Positions 12,651 through 25,772 of a DNA stretch of 64,000 nt are shown here, piece after piece (position 1 is the first letter of the stretch; each line of letters begins with the position of its first letter). The DNA is from Octopus vulgaris (lineage: Eukaryota), in NCBI GenBank assembly GCA_951406725.2, contig OX597831.1:61380001-61444000 (forward strand), read 5' to 3'. Below the pieces are notes generated by a model. That model ran no database searches. It had not been told where the DNA came from and saw only the letters and a list, made by a program, of their open reading frames with translations. The translations under genes were made by a program, and so were the position numbers.

Positions 12651-12982
12651 TGTTCATCACCCAATATGTTCATAAACCAAAACTATTTTCCCATTGGAAA
12701 TTGAAGAGGAGGTATGGAGACTTCAGCCAAGGATGTACATAGAGGGAAAATTAGACGGCAACTGACACCCTCCTGCTTGGCACCAACCAGAATTGCAGGC
12801 TTCAGTATTACTCAAGACACTATTTGTCACCCAAGACGTTTTATGTTTGAAAAGTTCTTTGTAAACTGATTTGTTCATTATGAAAAGCATTCATAAGCTG
12901 AGGTTCCTCTGTATACCTGCATGTATATGTATGTGTGTGTGTGTGTGTGTGCACATGTGAGAGATTGTGTGTGAGTGTATAT

Positions 12983-13110
12983 ACTGTAAATCCTCGAGTA
13001 TAGTCCACCCTTGAGTATAACACACAGGGGATTTTTAGGAGGCTGTACCTCTGAAAAACCTAAACCTTGTGTATAATATGCACCCCTTCTCTAACTTAAG
13101 TCATATGTAA
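12983..13110. mobile_element. Single end of a pogo/mariner-like DNA transposon
   Basis: TA-CTGTAAATCCTCGAGTATAGTCC..GAGTATAA terminal motif; the other end was not found. Confidence 0.4.
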
Positions 13111-13619
13111 TTAAGCCAGTAGCTCCTAGTCGAACAAACACTTACGTGCATGCGCAATACAATAATGGTGATGTTCTTAACTGTTATATGGGAATGTAAA
13201 TATGTTTGCAAATTGTTTTTGTTACATGTCATTCTGTGTTCTGAATACTTTTATTTTAATAACTGTTGTACCACAAAACTTGTCCTATCTACAATGTATA
13301 TACATTATGTATGATACATAAGTGGTTATTTAATTCTCTCAGTTGTATTCTGCATGTATATGTGTCCTATGTGTGTATTTATGTATCATATTGGTTTCAA
13401 ATATTGGCACAAAGCCAACAACTTTGGGGGAGGGGTAAGTCGATTACATCAGCACCAGTGCTCAACTGGTACTTATTTTATCGACCCTGAAAAGATAAAA
13501 GGTAAAAGTCAACCCTCAGCAGAATTTGAACTCAGAATGTAGGAAAGGACAAAATGCTGCTAAGCTTATGGCCCAGCATGCTTACAATTCTGCCAGCTCA
13601 TTATTATCATAACATTATT

Positions 13620-14012
13620 ACTCTTTCACTTGTTTCAGTCATTTTTTCTGTGGCCATGCTGGAGCACTGCCAGTTGTTGAGCAAACTGACACCAAGACAT
13701 ATTCTTTGTAAGCCTAGTACTTATTCTATCAGTCTCTTTTGCCAAACGGGGATGTAAACACACCAGCATCGGTTGTCAAACGGTGTTTGGGGGACTAACA
13801 CAGACACACAAATATATACACACACATACATATATATATACATATATACGACGGGCTTCTTTCAGTTTCCGTCTACCAAATCCACTCACAAGGCTTTGGT
13901 CAGCCTGAAGCTATAGTAGAAGACACTTGCACGAGGTGCCACGCAGTGGGACTGACCCGGAACCATGTGGTTGGTAAGCGAGCTACTTACCACACAGCCA
14001 CTCCTATGCCTA
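13620..14012 (-). mobile_element. SINE family A copy
   Basis: Full set of family A modules. Confidence 0.85.
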
Positions 14013-14729
14013 TGTCAGTTTTGGAATAAAAATGTTATGTTAATTTTGGAACCTGCCGTGGATTTGAAAAATTCTCGTCACTTCACGCTACTTGTGATCC
14101 TGTGATTCTTTTCCATCTGGCACATAGTTTCACACAGCACATCAGCGAAAGCTTGTCTTTATTGTCACGTATATCAATTTTGAGCAAGGTTTTTATGACT
14201 TCAAACCTTTTTGCTTCTCAGAGTCACAGCCTATCAAATATTCTTCAAGCATGTGTTACAGAGATGCATGCAAAACCTCTTCTGCATGCAAATTTATTCT
14301 GGACATAGAGACATGAGCATCTAGAGAATATGCAATCTCTGAATTTTAAATAATGCATACCCGAATACACACACACACACATGCATGCACATAATCATAT
14401 ACGTAAGTAAACTATTTCATAAACACACTGAATCATAAGAACCATCTTAACCATAAAAGCCTACTTGGAATTGTAGGAACTTTTCCAAACAGTCGCAAAT
14501 ATAGAAATAAATATATTTAAAGAAATTATAGTTTCTGGGGAATTATCCTCAAAATATTTCTCTGAACTATCAGTGTACACAAGAAATAAAAGCATAATTT
14601 CTTTCTCTAAAACCAAAATTACGAAGAAACATCAATGGAAAATTGGAAATTGTCTAAAAGTCAGAAAATTTCTCTTACAGCAGACATAAACAAGCATGCA
14701 ACACATTGAAATGTTTGCTTTTCTTATAG

Positions 14730-15000
14730 GTTCCATTAAAAGGATTCTGGTATATCATTGATCTATTGATTGAAATAATGCTTCTGGATAAAATCCAGCT
14801 CGATGCAGTAGCGAAGAAGTATTCTGTACATTGGATCAAGAACTATATTACCCTTGTAACATTAAACTTGATAGTTTTACGAGTGGAACCTGACCTCTAC
14901 TTGTGTCAATATTATTGCTGTGATATAGTTGGATGTATTATAACTAGTTATGCCAATTTCCTCTTTATACGGTCGCTTCAGCTAAACGTGCTCTTTCTCG
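14730..15000 (+). other. Candidate 271-nt exon, unidentified
   Basis: TTTGCTTTTCTTATAG acceptor and G|GTAATG donor; 90 open codons in non-repetitive sequence; no recognisable homology. Confidence 0.25.
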
Positions 15001-15247
15001 GTAATGACAGAGTTTAAAGTTTCTGACAAGTAAAATTCTCAATAAAACATTTTTATGTTGCTCGTATATAAAATGTAGATTTGAATTCCTTAATATTCTT
15101 GGCAAATCATTCCCTTACAAATCTGAGTGTGTAACGACTAGACAGCAAGTTATTTATTCAATTTCTTACAAACACATGTAGCCTCATATATACAGTATAA
15201 AAGGTTGTAAGTTTTGTATGATCCAAATGACATACAGTTAAAACAAT

Positions 15248-15665
15248 ATCTATTTCTTTACTACCCACAAGGGGCTAAACATGGAGAGGACAAACAAGGA
15301 CAGACAAACAGATTAAGTCGATTATATCGAACCCAGTGCATAACTGGTACTTATTTAATCGACCCTGAAAGGATGAAAGGCAAAGTCGACCTCGGTGGAA
15401 TTTGAACTCAGAACGTAGCGGCAGATGAAATACCTATTTCTTTACTACCTACAAGGAGCTAAACACAGAGAGGACAAACAAGGACAGACAAACGGATTAA
15501 GTCAATTACATCGACCCCAGTGTGTAACTGGTACTTAATTTATCGACCCTGAAAGGATGAAAGGCAAAGTCGACCTCAGTGGAATTTGAACTCAGAACGT
15601 AACGGGAGACGAAATACCACTAAGCATCTTGCCCAGCATGCTAACGATTCTTCCAGCTCGCCGTC
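15248..15665 (-). mobile_element. SINE family B, tandem dimer (full copy plus 5'-truncated copy)
   Basis: Two consecutive CTATTTCTTTACTACC..GGAATTTGAACTCAGAACGT units; the head GGCGAGCTGG.AGAA is present only in the right unit. Confidence 0.85.
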
Positions 15666-15691
15666 TTTAAAACGAAATTAATGAACAACAT

Positions 15692-15726
15692 TAATCGATT
15701 TTCGAACCTTATCGGGTTCTCATCAG
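15692..15726 (-). ncRNA. Hammerhead ribozyme core (minimal type I), stem I not closed
   Basis: CTGATGA-GAACC-cgataa-GGTTC-GAAA-ATCGATTA: intact core, 5-bp stem II, palindromic stem III ending in UUA. Confidence 0.5.
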
Positions 15727-15858
15727 AGGAGTCCATACCATTCTGACTGTCTTTTTGAAGAGAAATTTAATTAATAGCTTATACTTACTCCAAATATTTG
15801 CCAATAAAACAACTCTGATTACCTAATGTTTGGATTTTAATAAAACACTAAGTTTGCA

Positions 15859-16202
15859 AAATTAGAAATATTGAATTTCTAAATGTCTCAGAAAGACATG
15901 AGCAGTGGTGGGGCGATATAGTGGTTGTATAAAGTCAACATAACGTGACAGTCCTGTAAAGGGAATCACACCACCACTATTTAGCCCTAGGAAGCATCAG
16001 TGCTTCCTGTCGGCTTTGACACATTTCCTGTGTCCTTATATTTGCAAAGGGGAGGCAAGCACCCCCGCCAGCTAGGATTAGCATGGACACAGGAAATGTG
16101 TCAAGGCTTACAGGAAGTGTCGATGCTTCCTGGGGCTAAATAGCGGTGGTGTGATTCCCTTGACAGGACTGTCATGTTGAGTTGACAGTATACAACAACT
16201 AT
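15859..16202. mobile_element. Unclassified foldback element with 12-bp TSD
   Basis: Inverted arms 15917-16035 and 16085-16203; direct repeat ACTAAGTTTGCA at 15847 and 16203; relative at 60883. Confidence 0.8.
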
Positions 16203-16477
16203 ACTAAGTTTGCAGTTTTTGATAAAACACAAACTCCATCATTTTATTGAATTTATAACTAAATTTACAATAACATCTTTTGGTTACAACTTCATTGTGT
16301 TTCTAATGGTGTGAGTGACAGGGAATGTTAGTAACTTTGTGGCTTTTAGTGAAACACTGTTTTAGGGGTATTCAGGCTGATGAAGTTTTACCTTAACTGA
16401 CATACATTATCAAAAGATATTCACACATACATTTAAGTGCCATGCATTTGGACTCAACTCAAAATCAAATGCCTTCA

Positions 16478-16905
16478 AGGCGTAGGAGTGGCTTTGTGGT
16501 AAGTAGCTTGCTTACCAACCACATGGTTCCGGATTCAGTCCCACTGCATGGCACCTTGGGCAAGTGTCTTCTACTATAGCCTCTGGCTAACCGAAGCTTT
16601 GTGAGTGGATTTGGTAGACAGAAACTGAAAGAAGACCATCGCATATATGTATATATATGCGTGTGTGTGTGTGTGTGTGTATGTTTCTGTGTCTGTGTTT
16701 GTCCCCCCACCAACATCGCTTGACAACCGATGTTGATGCGTTTACGTGCCCATAACTTAGTGGTTCGGCAAAAGAGACCAATAGAATAAGTACTAGGCTT
16801 ACAAAGAATAAGTCCTGGGGTCGATTTCTTTGACTAAAGGCGGTGCTCCAGCATGGCCACAGTCAAATGACTGAAACAAGTAAAAAGAGTAAAAAAAAAG
16901 AAAAG
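16478..16905 (+). mobile_element. SINE family A copy
   Basis: GGCGTAGGAGTGGCTTTGTGG head through GACTGAAACAAGTAAAAAGAG tail. Confidence 0.9.
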
Positions 16906-17102
16906 ATACAGCCAGTTCTGCAGTCGTTTATTGAATACAATGCATTATATGGATAATAAGGTTTGCTAAAACTCAACTCAAGTCTATGGGAAAAAATATT
17001 TGCTCAAGAAGTCATACAGTAGAATTGAAACCCCAAACCATGTGGTTGCAAAATAAACTTCTTAAACATTTAGCTGTGTATGCACCCATTTAATAATCAT
17101 AT

Positions 17103-17352
17103 AAATAAATGCGCCCTCTTAAAGCCTAGCCAGCTCATGGGCCCGGTTTCCCAGTTTCAATGACGTAAGTGTTCCCCAGTCCATCGCCAGTCCATCGCAT
17201 CATTACTCATTTTTGCCAGCTGAGTGGACTGTCGCAATGTGAAATGAAGTGTTTTGCTCAAGAACACAACGCGTCGCCTGGTCCAGGAATTGAAACCACA
17301 ATCTTACGATCATGATGCTGACACCCTAACCACTAAGCCACGCGCCTCCACT
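17103..17352 (-). mobile_element. tRNA-derived SINE (family C variant)
   Basis: Minus-strand head GGAGGCGCGTGGCTTAGTGGTTAGG..GTTTCAATTCC. Confidence 0.75.
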
Positions 17353-17643
17353 ATGCACCCATTTAGCTGACACATTCTATGTATGATTACAGTCACTAGT
17401 TTTATACAAACAGGAACATGGCTAACAATATATTTGGTAAAATTACTGAAACAAGGCATCAAAGCAATACATACATGTGCTTATGTATGTGTATGTGCAT
17501 ATGTGTGCATGTGCATATATGTGTATATCTATATGTGTATGTGAGTGTGTGTGTATATGTATGAATATATAGGACATTTGTATGTACCACTGTGTGTGTA
17601 TGCATGTATATATACTCACATAATTATGTGTGTATATGTATAC

Positions 17644-17703
<60 letters not shown>

Positions 17704-17833
17704 TTATTATATAGAAGGAGCTTCTACAGGACTAGAACTGTTTCATTCTATATAATATATAATAAATTAATTTTACTCTGCTATGTATTGAGTACCTTAT
17801 TTACTGTGGTTAACCCCGAATCAACCCGGGACC

Positions 17834-17975
<142 letters not shown>

Positions 17976-18048
17976 TATGTATATGTGTGTATGTGTAAAT
18001 ATGTATATCATTGATTTGTATGCACATGTGTGTGCATGTGCATGTGTG

Positions 18049-18091
<43 letters not shown>

Positions 18092-18518
18092 ATGTGAGAA
18101 TGAAAAGAATACACCTAAAAGAGCAGATGATAGAAATGCAAATTAGGAAGTGAATATTCCAGAAAAATTTTTTAAACTACTCAATAAATATTCATTGAAA
18201 GAAAATGAAATTCATTGTTTCAGGCAAATGCACAGGAATACAAACATTTTAAGAGCACAATGGTTAGATATAGGAAATGAGTCATTGTGATTGTTTTAAT
18301 CCCAGGTCAGCTCTGGTGAAACAAACCTATGATCAAATGTGTTCCACCAATAATCATTCCATGTATATTTTTGAAACAATGTGCTCTTCTTCAAAAAGGT
18401 AATTTGTAAATTTTGGTATGATGTGACTGTCATTTCTTAACAAATCAGAGCTTGTTGCTGTTGTTTAGTTTTGGGTCAATCTTGATTGAACAAAAATTTG
18501 ATCTAAGGCATTCCAGAT

Positions 18519-18537
18519 ATGACCACCATACCCTATA

Positions 18538-18578
<41 letters not shown>

Positions 18579-19125
18579 CTGTGTGTCTGTGCGTGTGTGT
18601 CTGTGTGTCTGTCTGTCTGTCTGTCTGTCTGTGTGTGTGTGTGTCTGTGTGTATAAAGACACGACCACCATACCCTATATACATGTGTGTGTGTGTGTGT
18701 ATACACAGACGTGACCACCATACCCTATATACATGTGTCTGTGTGTGTGTGTATACACAGACATGATCACCATACCCTGTATACATGTGTGTGTGTGTGT
18801 GTGTGTGTATACACAGACATGATCACCATACCCTGTATACATGTGTATGTGTGTGTGTGTGTGTATACACAGACATGATCACCATACCCTGTATACATGT
18901 GTGTGTGTGTATACACAGACATGACCACCATACCCTATATACATGTGTGTGTGTATACACAGACATGATCACCATACCCTGTATACATGTGTGTGTATGT
19001 GTGTGTTTACATAGATATGACCACCATACCCTATATCCCAGTGTGTGTGTATGTGTGTCTGTGTGTATACACAGACATGACCACCATACTCTATATACAT
19101 GTGTGTGTGTGTGTATATATACACA
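18519..19125. repeat. Minisatellite of about ten units, each a fixed core plus variable (GT)n
   Basis: Core ACACAGACATGA(T/C)CACCATACCCT(A/G)TATACAT separated by (GT)n of differing length. Confidence 0.9.
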
Positions 19126-19778
19126 TAAGAAAGTTCCAATTGAAGCATTTGACAAGTGGAGTTACTGACACACAGTACAGAGAACAGCTGTAAATTCCTA
19201 TGGAACAACCTACTGAAAACTGCAGAACAAATCTGTGGTTTGTGCAATATTCCAGTTAGACCAAGAGAAAGTGCAAAGGAGGCAAACCATAAAAGCAAAG
19301 AGAGGGGTTAGAAAGGTTTGTAGAAAGCAGGGTAAGAGAGGATTTTATCAGATAGGTAGCAGAGAAGCAGGGTGACAGAAATATTTAGCAAGCAGGGAAG
19401 CAGAAAGGAAAAGATTTGCCAATGTTTGACAGCACAAGAAACAGATGCGTAAGTTGTCTGAATTTCAAGACAGCATATCGAAAAAAAATCAAGCTTTTTT
19501 GAGAGAGAAGTGTGTATGGCTAGATCATGGGCACTTGCATTTAATGATTTTGAAGAGAAAAAGGCATAGAAGCACTGATATAAAAAGCTACTAAATGTGG
19601 AGAATGCATGAGAGAAAGAGAGTTTTCCTAATGTAAACCTGACAGAGAGGACGGCCATTCTAGTTGACAGCAATATGATCAATTAAGCCGTTAATGATGA
19701 GGATGAGAAATTCTCTGGTTCATCTAGATTTACTGCTGAGATGCTTAAAATAGATAGCCTACTCACTTGTATAATTAA

Positions 19779-19990
19779 CCCTTTCTTTACCAACCCGGCT
19801 CTGGCTCTGAGTACAAATGTCATGTTTTTATAAGTTTTGAATTAAAATCTTCCACTAAACCTTAGTCACAATTTATGTTCCTAAAACACTAGCTGAATGA
19901 TAACTAAATTATTTTACTAAATTCTCTATTATAGTTAAAGGAATCGAAAGTAACACAAAGCATCTCAAAATAAATACAGTAACGAAAGGG
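19779..19990. mobile_element. piggyBac-like MITE
   Basis: TTAA|CCCTTTC...GAAAGGG|TTAA; inverted-orientation relative at 43686. Confidence 0.8.
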
Positions 19991-20409
19991 TTAAACTGGT
20001 TGTACAAAAAGTGTCATGCCCTACAACTTGTGTAGTAGCATCATAGTCAACTGTTACAAGAATAAGGGAAATGTCTTAGAGATAAGTAGTTTCAGAGGTA
20101 TCAAATTCCTGCTCCAAGTCATAAACATTACAGAAGAGTTATAGCTTAACTCATTAGGATGAGAGTTAGCCTAGAAGGGATGCAGCTTGCTTTTGCACAA
20201 AGAAGAGGTACTACTGATACCACTTTTCTGGTAAGAAAATCAAAGTAAACTGCTGTAATTGGTATTCATTGACATGGAGGAAACCTTTGACAAGATCCAT
20301 TGCTCCTCTATCTGGTGGTTAGTGTGGAGGCCAGGGGTAAACAAATGGCATGTGAGAGTTAGTCAAGCTACACTGTAAGGTGAGATTTAGTAACAAGTCG
20401 GTCGGTCGG

Positions 20410-20748
20410 GACCCCCTTCGGTCACAACACTGACCATGGGATTGCACCTAGAAAGTTACCCTCCAAGGCACAAGTCTGGGCAAAGTGGTTTATGGAAGAC
20501 CAGCAGTCGCCCATGCATACTAGCCTCCTCTCTCCATGCCACCAGTGTTATCCAAGGGAAAGGCAAAGGGGCCGATACAGCTTGGCACCTGTGACGTCGC
20601 AACTCATTTCTACAGCTGAGTTAACTGGAGCAACGTGAAATAAAGTGTTTTGCTCAAGAACACAACACACAGCCTGGTCTAGAATTCAAGCTCACAACCT
20701 CACAATTGTAAGCTCAACACTCTAACCACTGAGTCATGCGCCTTCACT
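20410..20748 (-). mobile_element. SINE family C copy
   Basis: Shared body with 11853 and 28860; flanked by repeated TTAGTAACAAGT (probable TSD). Confidence 0.85.
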
Positions 20749-21444
20749 TAGTAACAAGTACAGCAATGAATTTAGTATACAACTAGTAATTCTAAGTCAC
20801 TTATTTATCATTGTTCTTCAGGCAATTAGAGTGGTGTTTAGGCAGGTTGCCCAAGGGCACTGCTCCAGGCAGAAGACCTTGTTCTTTGAGCTGAGTTTGT
20901 AGTAGAATTAGGGAAGAAATTCCTAGTGTGGAAGCATGATCTGGAATCAAAGAGCTTCAAAGTTAACTTGAACACAAAAGACCAAAGTTCTAGTTAGTAG
21001 GAAAGGAGATAGGATGTTAATCCATTTAGAAAAATCACCTTGTTTGATATTTAGGAAAGTGCAGGTAGAAATTCAATATGGGGTACTTAGTGCAAGCTAG
21101 AGAAACATAAAAGGAGCATTGAAATCACAAGAAGGTTAACAAAGATTAATGATTTTGGAGAGAAAAAGGCATCTGTTTGTGGAAGATTTGCAGGGGCAAT
21201 AAACACAAAGAACATAAGGGAAATAGGTTTTCTTGAATGCTGAAGTGAGTTCTTAGAGATGATAGATTCTGTTACTTATCAGCAATGAAGGACTACATTA
21301 GCAGTGGAAGAGGATTTTCTTGAAGTATGGTTATTGGAATAGAAATTAGTTGGAGAAAGTTCATAGAACTATTACATCAGTTAGTAATCAAAGGCTTGTG
21401 GCTTGCAGTGATTGAGTGATGCGTGTGAATAAAAGGCAAAGCTA

Positions 21445-21885
21445 CATCATCGTTTAACGTCCGTTTTCCATGCTAGCATGGGTTGGACGGTTCAACTGGG
21501 GTCTGGGAAGCCAGAAGGTTGCGCCAGGCCCAGTCTGATCTGGCAGTGTTTCTACAGCTGGATGCCCTTCCTAACGCCAACCACTCCGTGAGTGTAGTGG
21601 GTGCTTTTTATGTGCCACCTGCACAGGTGCTAGACGAGGCTGGCAAATGGCCATGATCGGATGGTGCTTTTTACGTGCCATTGGCACAGGGGCCAGACGA
21701 GGCTGACAGTGGCCACAATTGGATGGTGCGTTTCACATGGAGGCCAGTCAGGGCGGCGCTGGCAACGGCCGCAGTTGGATGGTTCTCTTACGTGCCACTG
21801 GCACTGGTATCACAGCTACAATTTCCATTGATGTTGATCGATTTCGATTTTGATTTTGATTTTCACTTACCTCAACAGGTCTTAA
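21445..21885 (-). mobile_element. SINE-like family D copy
   Basis: Collinear with the 4525 copy. Confidence 0.85.
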
Positions 21886-22161
21886 AACATGGTCCATGAA
21901 TGCAGAGGGCATGCAAAGTCTAGAAATAAATGAGACAGCATTGCTTTGCTGAATATACAACATCAGTGTGCATCTATGACAAAGTACAAACATACTGAGA
22001 GAAAAATTTGGTATAAGAGGAATCAGATGTGGAATGAAAGAGAGGATGCTGCATTAGTATGGTTATGTGATGACAGCTGCAAAAAGAAGAGCTGACTGTT
22101 AAATATAGATGGAATCTTTTGATGGGAGAAAAGTAGTAAATGTGGGATGAAACAGTGAATA

Positions 22162-22588
22162 CCTATTTCTTTACTACCCACAAGGGGCTAAACACAGAGA
22201 GGACAAACAAGGACAGACAAACGGATTAAGTCGATTATATCAACCCCAGTGCGTAAATGGTACTTATTTAATCGACCCCGAAAGGATGAAAGGCAAAGTC
22301 GACCTCAGTGGAATTTGAACTCAGAACGTAGCGGCAGACGAAATATCTATTTCTTTACTACCCACAAGGGGCTAAACACAGAGAGGATAAACAAGGACAA
22401 ACACACAGATTAAGTCGATTATATCGACCCCAGTACGTAACTGGTACTTAATATATCGACCCCGAAAGGATGAAAGGTTAAGTCGACCTCGGCGGAATCT
22501 GAACTCAGAACGTATCGGCAGACGAAATGCCTCTAAGCATTTCGCCCAGTGTGCTAACGTCTCTGCCAGCTCCTCAGTTCACTGCCTT
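22162..22588 (-). mobile_element. SINE family B tandem dimer
   Basis: Same dimer junction as 15248; flanked by AAACAGTGAATACC on both sides (TSD). Confidence 0.85.
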
Positions 22589-24369
22589 AAACAGTGAATA
22601 CCATCCTCAGAATGTTGAGCCTCATAGAAATGGTAACAAGTGATTGAGATGATTGGTGATTTGTTGTACTCAAGATTTGTCCATCTCAACAAAAAAAGGA
22701 GGTCTGTGTACACTCCCATATACAATCTGTTCCTGCCAAGCCTTTGTCAACAACACTTCTTCCAATTAATTCTCCTCTGTTACTGTTCTAACTACAGCAC
22801 TAATCTATGCAGTGGTAAGTAGTTATAACCATACAAGAGCAGAACTGCACATTTTTCAATGCCCTTTTTTACTACAAGTTATCCCCTTCTTTGGGACCAC
22901 TTCCTTTGTCACCAATCTTGTATTCTCAATATCATCCCTTACTCTTTTATTTTCTACTGAATATTGTCTTTCCTCTTACCAGTCTGGTATCCCTACTCTC
23001 TTGCAAAATACTTGTACTTGTCCCTCTAATCATACTTTAACCACTTGATGCCTGGCTACATCCCAAATGAGTCGAGGGCTTTGATTTGCAAATTACTTGG
23101 TGACCTTACTAGTACTGGTGCCACAAAAACACTCAAAACTACATACTTTAAAGTAGTTGGCACCAGGAAGGGTCTCCAGTCATAAAAACTGCATGTAAGC
23201 AATCATGGGTACTTGAGGCAGTTCTCTAGCTCTTCAGATCCTGTCAAACCAGTTAAACCAGATCAATAGGGAAGAGAGACTTTAAATGATGATGATGACA
23301 TTTTTTATAGAATCACGTTATCCAATATGGTCTTTTACTACAAAAGTAGAGTGTGACTTGAAGGAATGCGACTACTATTTCTAGCAGTTCAGGAGACTAG
23401 AGAAGTAAATACAAGGGACATTGTAATGAAAAAAACTACCTTGTATATGAGCAATGTGCAAAATTCTCCTTGTGTCATAAAATTTATCTCATCACTAGTA
23501 CAATAGTCCCATCACTAGTACAATTGTCTCCTATCAATAGTCTCCTATCAGCTAGAACAATAAAGTGTGTGCTACACTGAAAAGGTCTAATAAGACCGAA
23601 ACATGTTCTCACTCCACCGAGCTAATGTAGTTTTTTTTATTCTGTACATATGTATTTCTAATTAGGTTTTTAATAGACACCTCAATAAATATGCAAACAG
23701 TAAATTTATTACTGTTTTTCAGACTAGCAGCATCTTATTTGTTTTTGTAAAGTATAAAATTGTCATGAACTGAAATATTCTGTTGACAACTACGTTTAAA
23801 TTGAATCCCAGAATCTAAGTTATTTTTCATATACTGTCTAAAATAATGGCTTTTAACACAGCATTTAGTTTCAGGTACGCATTCACAAAAACACACAAGC
23901 ACTTTCATATATGCACACTACTTGAGTTAAAGGATGTGACTACATAGAAGCAAATCTCCATGTCTCACCAGTAATTTTTTTTTACACCAATATCTTTGCA
24001 AACATTTATTGCTGCAAAAAACATCGAAATTAAATTAAATATTTCAAAAAGAGAAGAAATGAATTTAATAATATCTGACTATATGTCATCTTTCTTCCAT
24101 CACAAACCATTCAATTGAAATCAACAATGAAATCTTAGACATTTTCCACCTTTTCCTTTTCTCTGCCTGCCTGCCTGCTTACCTGCCTGTCTCTCTCTCT
24201 CTCTTTCTCTCTGTCTCTCTCTCTCTCTGTTTCATATTGTTTGTCACCTATCTTGCATCAATTATTTACATTTCTTTGGCTAACTTCATTATAATGGTTC
24301 TTCTCTCACACATTACATCCTTCTCTCTTTCCAAGTTTTATCTTCAGAGTTTTATTTTCTGTCTTCTCT

Positions 24370-24375
<6 letters not shown>

Positions 24376-24443
<68 letters not shown>

Positions 24444-24457
24444 TTCTCTCTCTCTCA
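24376..24457. repeat. (CT)n microsatellite
   Basis: CT array. Confidence 0.95.
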
Positions 24458-24929
24458 CGCTTTACACACGTTTACAAACATAACGATGTACACACACCTG
24501 GTTTTATCAAACATGATAGTACTTGTTAACCTACTCTAAATAACCCATCATACTAACTTCAATAACATCTGAAGCTATTAACAGGCACTTGGAAGACTTC
24601 CACAGAAAATGGAAAACTTCCTTTACCTAAAAGTCAAATAAATGAGAGCATTTCGAGTATTTCATTATAAATATCTTGTGTTATGAAAATATTTTCTATG
24701 TTAGACATCATTTAGCATCATTTTAATGCTTTCTTATTCACACTTGCATGGATTAGATGGGATTTATTGAGGCATATTTTTAATGGCTGGATGCTCTTCC
24801 TGTCGCCAACCCTTCCAAACAAGAAAATATTTTCTTGTGGTTGGACATGTTTTCGCAGTAGACTGAAAATGAGAGATACTACTTGTGTGTCAAGATACCT
24901 GTTAATAACTACTGTCTGATGTCAAGATG

Positions 24930-25083
24930 GAGTGGCTGTGTGGTAAGAAGCTTGCTTACCAACCACATGGTTGCGGGTTCAATCCCACTGTGCGGCACCT
25001 TGGGCAAATGTCTTCTACTATAGCTTCGGGCCGATCAAAGCCTTGTGAGTGGATTTGATAGACGGAAACTGAAAGAAGCCTGT

Positions 25084-25161
<78 letters not shown>

Positions 25162-25442
25162 TATACATATATATATATATATATGTATATATATGTATAT
25201 ATGTGTGTGTGTGTGTGTGTGTATGTGTTTGTGTGTCTGTGTTTGTACCCCACAACATCGCTTGTCAACCGATGCTGGTGTGTTTACGTCTCCGTCACTC
25301 AGTGGTTCGGCCAAAGAGACTGATAGAATAAGTACTAGGCTTGCAAAGAATAAGTCCTGAGGTCGATTTGCTTGACTAAAGGCAGTGCTCCAGCATGGCC
25401 GCAATCAAATGACTGAAACAAGCAAAAGAATAAAAGAGTAAA
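24930..25442 (+). mobile_element. SINE family A copy with expanded internal (TA)n/(TG)n
   Basis: Full family A modules. Confidence 0.9.
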
Positions 25443-25772
25443 AAAGGCACAAACATACACACACAAGCGCACACATGGATACACACACACATAGATGCAC
25501 AAATACACACACAGGCACGCAAATGTATAATATACACATGGTGTGATTCTTTCGGTTTCCATCTACCAAATCTACTTACCAGGCTTCGGTTAGTCAGGGA
25601 CTATGGTGGAAGACAATGGCCCAAAGTACTATACAATGGGACTGAATCCTAAATGACATGATTAGAAAGCAAACTTCTTACCCATACACCTATGCCTGCC
25701 CCAGAACAAATCCTTGAATTAATGTAACAAACAAATGATTATGTAAATTAGAAGTGAGGAGAAGGTCAGAAT

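Larger units (their letters stand above)
19160..22150 (+). mobile_element. Heavily decayed RTE LINE body interrupted by younger insertions
   Basis: Homology with the 5441-6130 RT fragment (e.g. GATGCAGCTTG..GGTACTACTGATACC; GTATTCATTGACATGGAGGAAACCTTTGACAAG); interrupted by a MITE (19779) and SINEs (20410, 21445). Confidence 0.65.

Noticed and set aside
18519-19125. CRISPR-like repeat-spacer array
   Set aside because: The spacers are (GT)n rather than unique sequence, there are no cas genes and the context is eukaryotic
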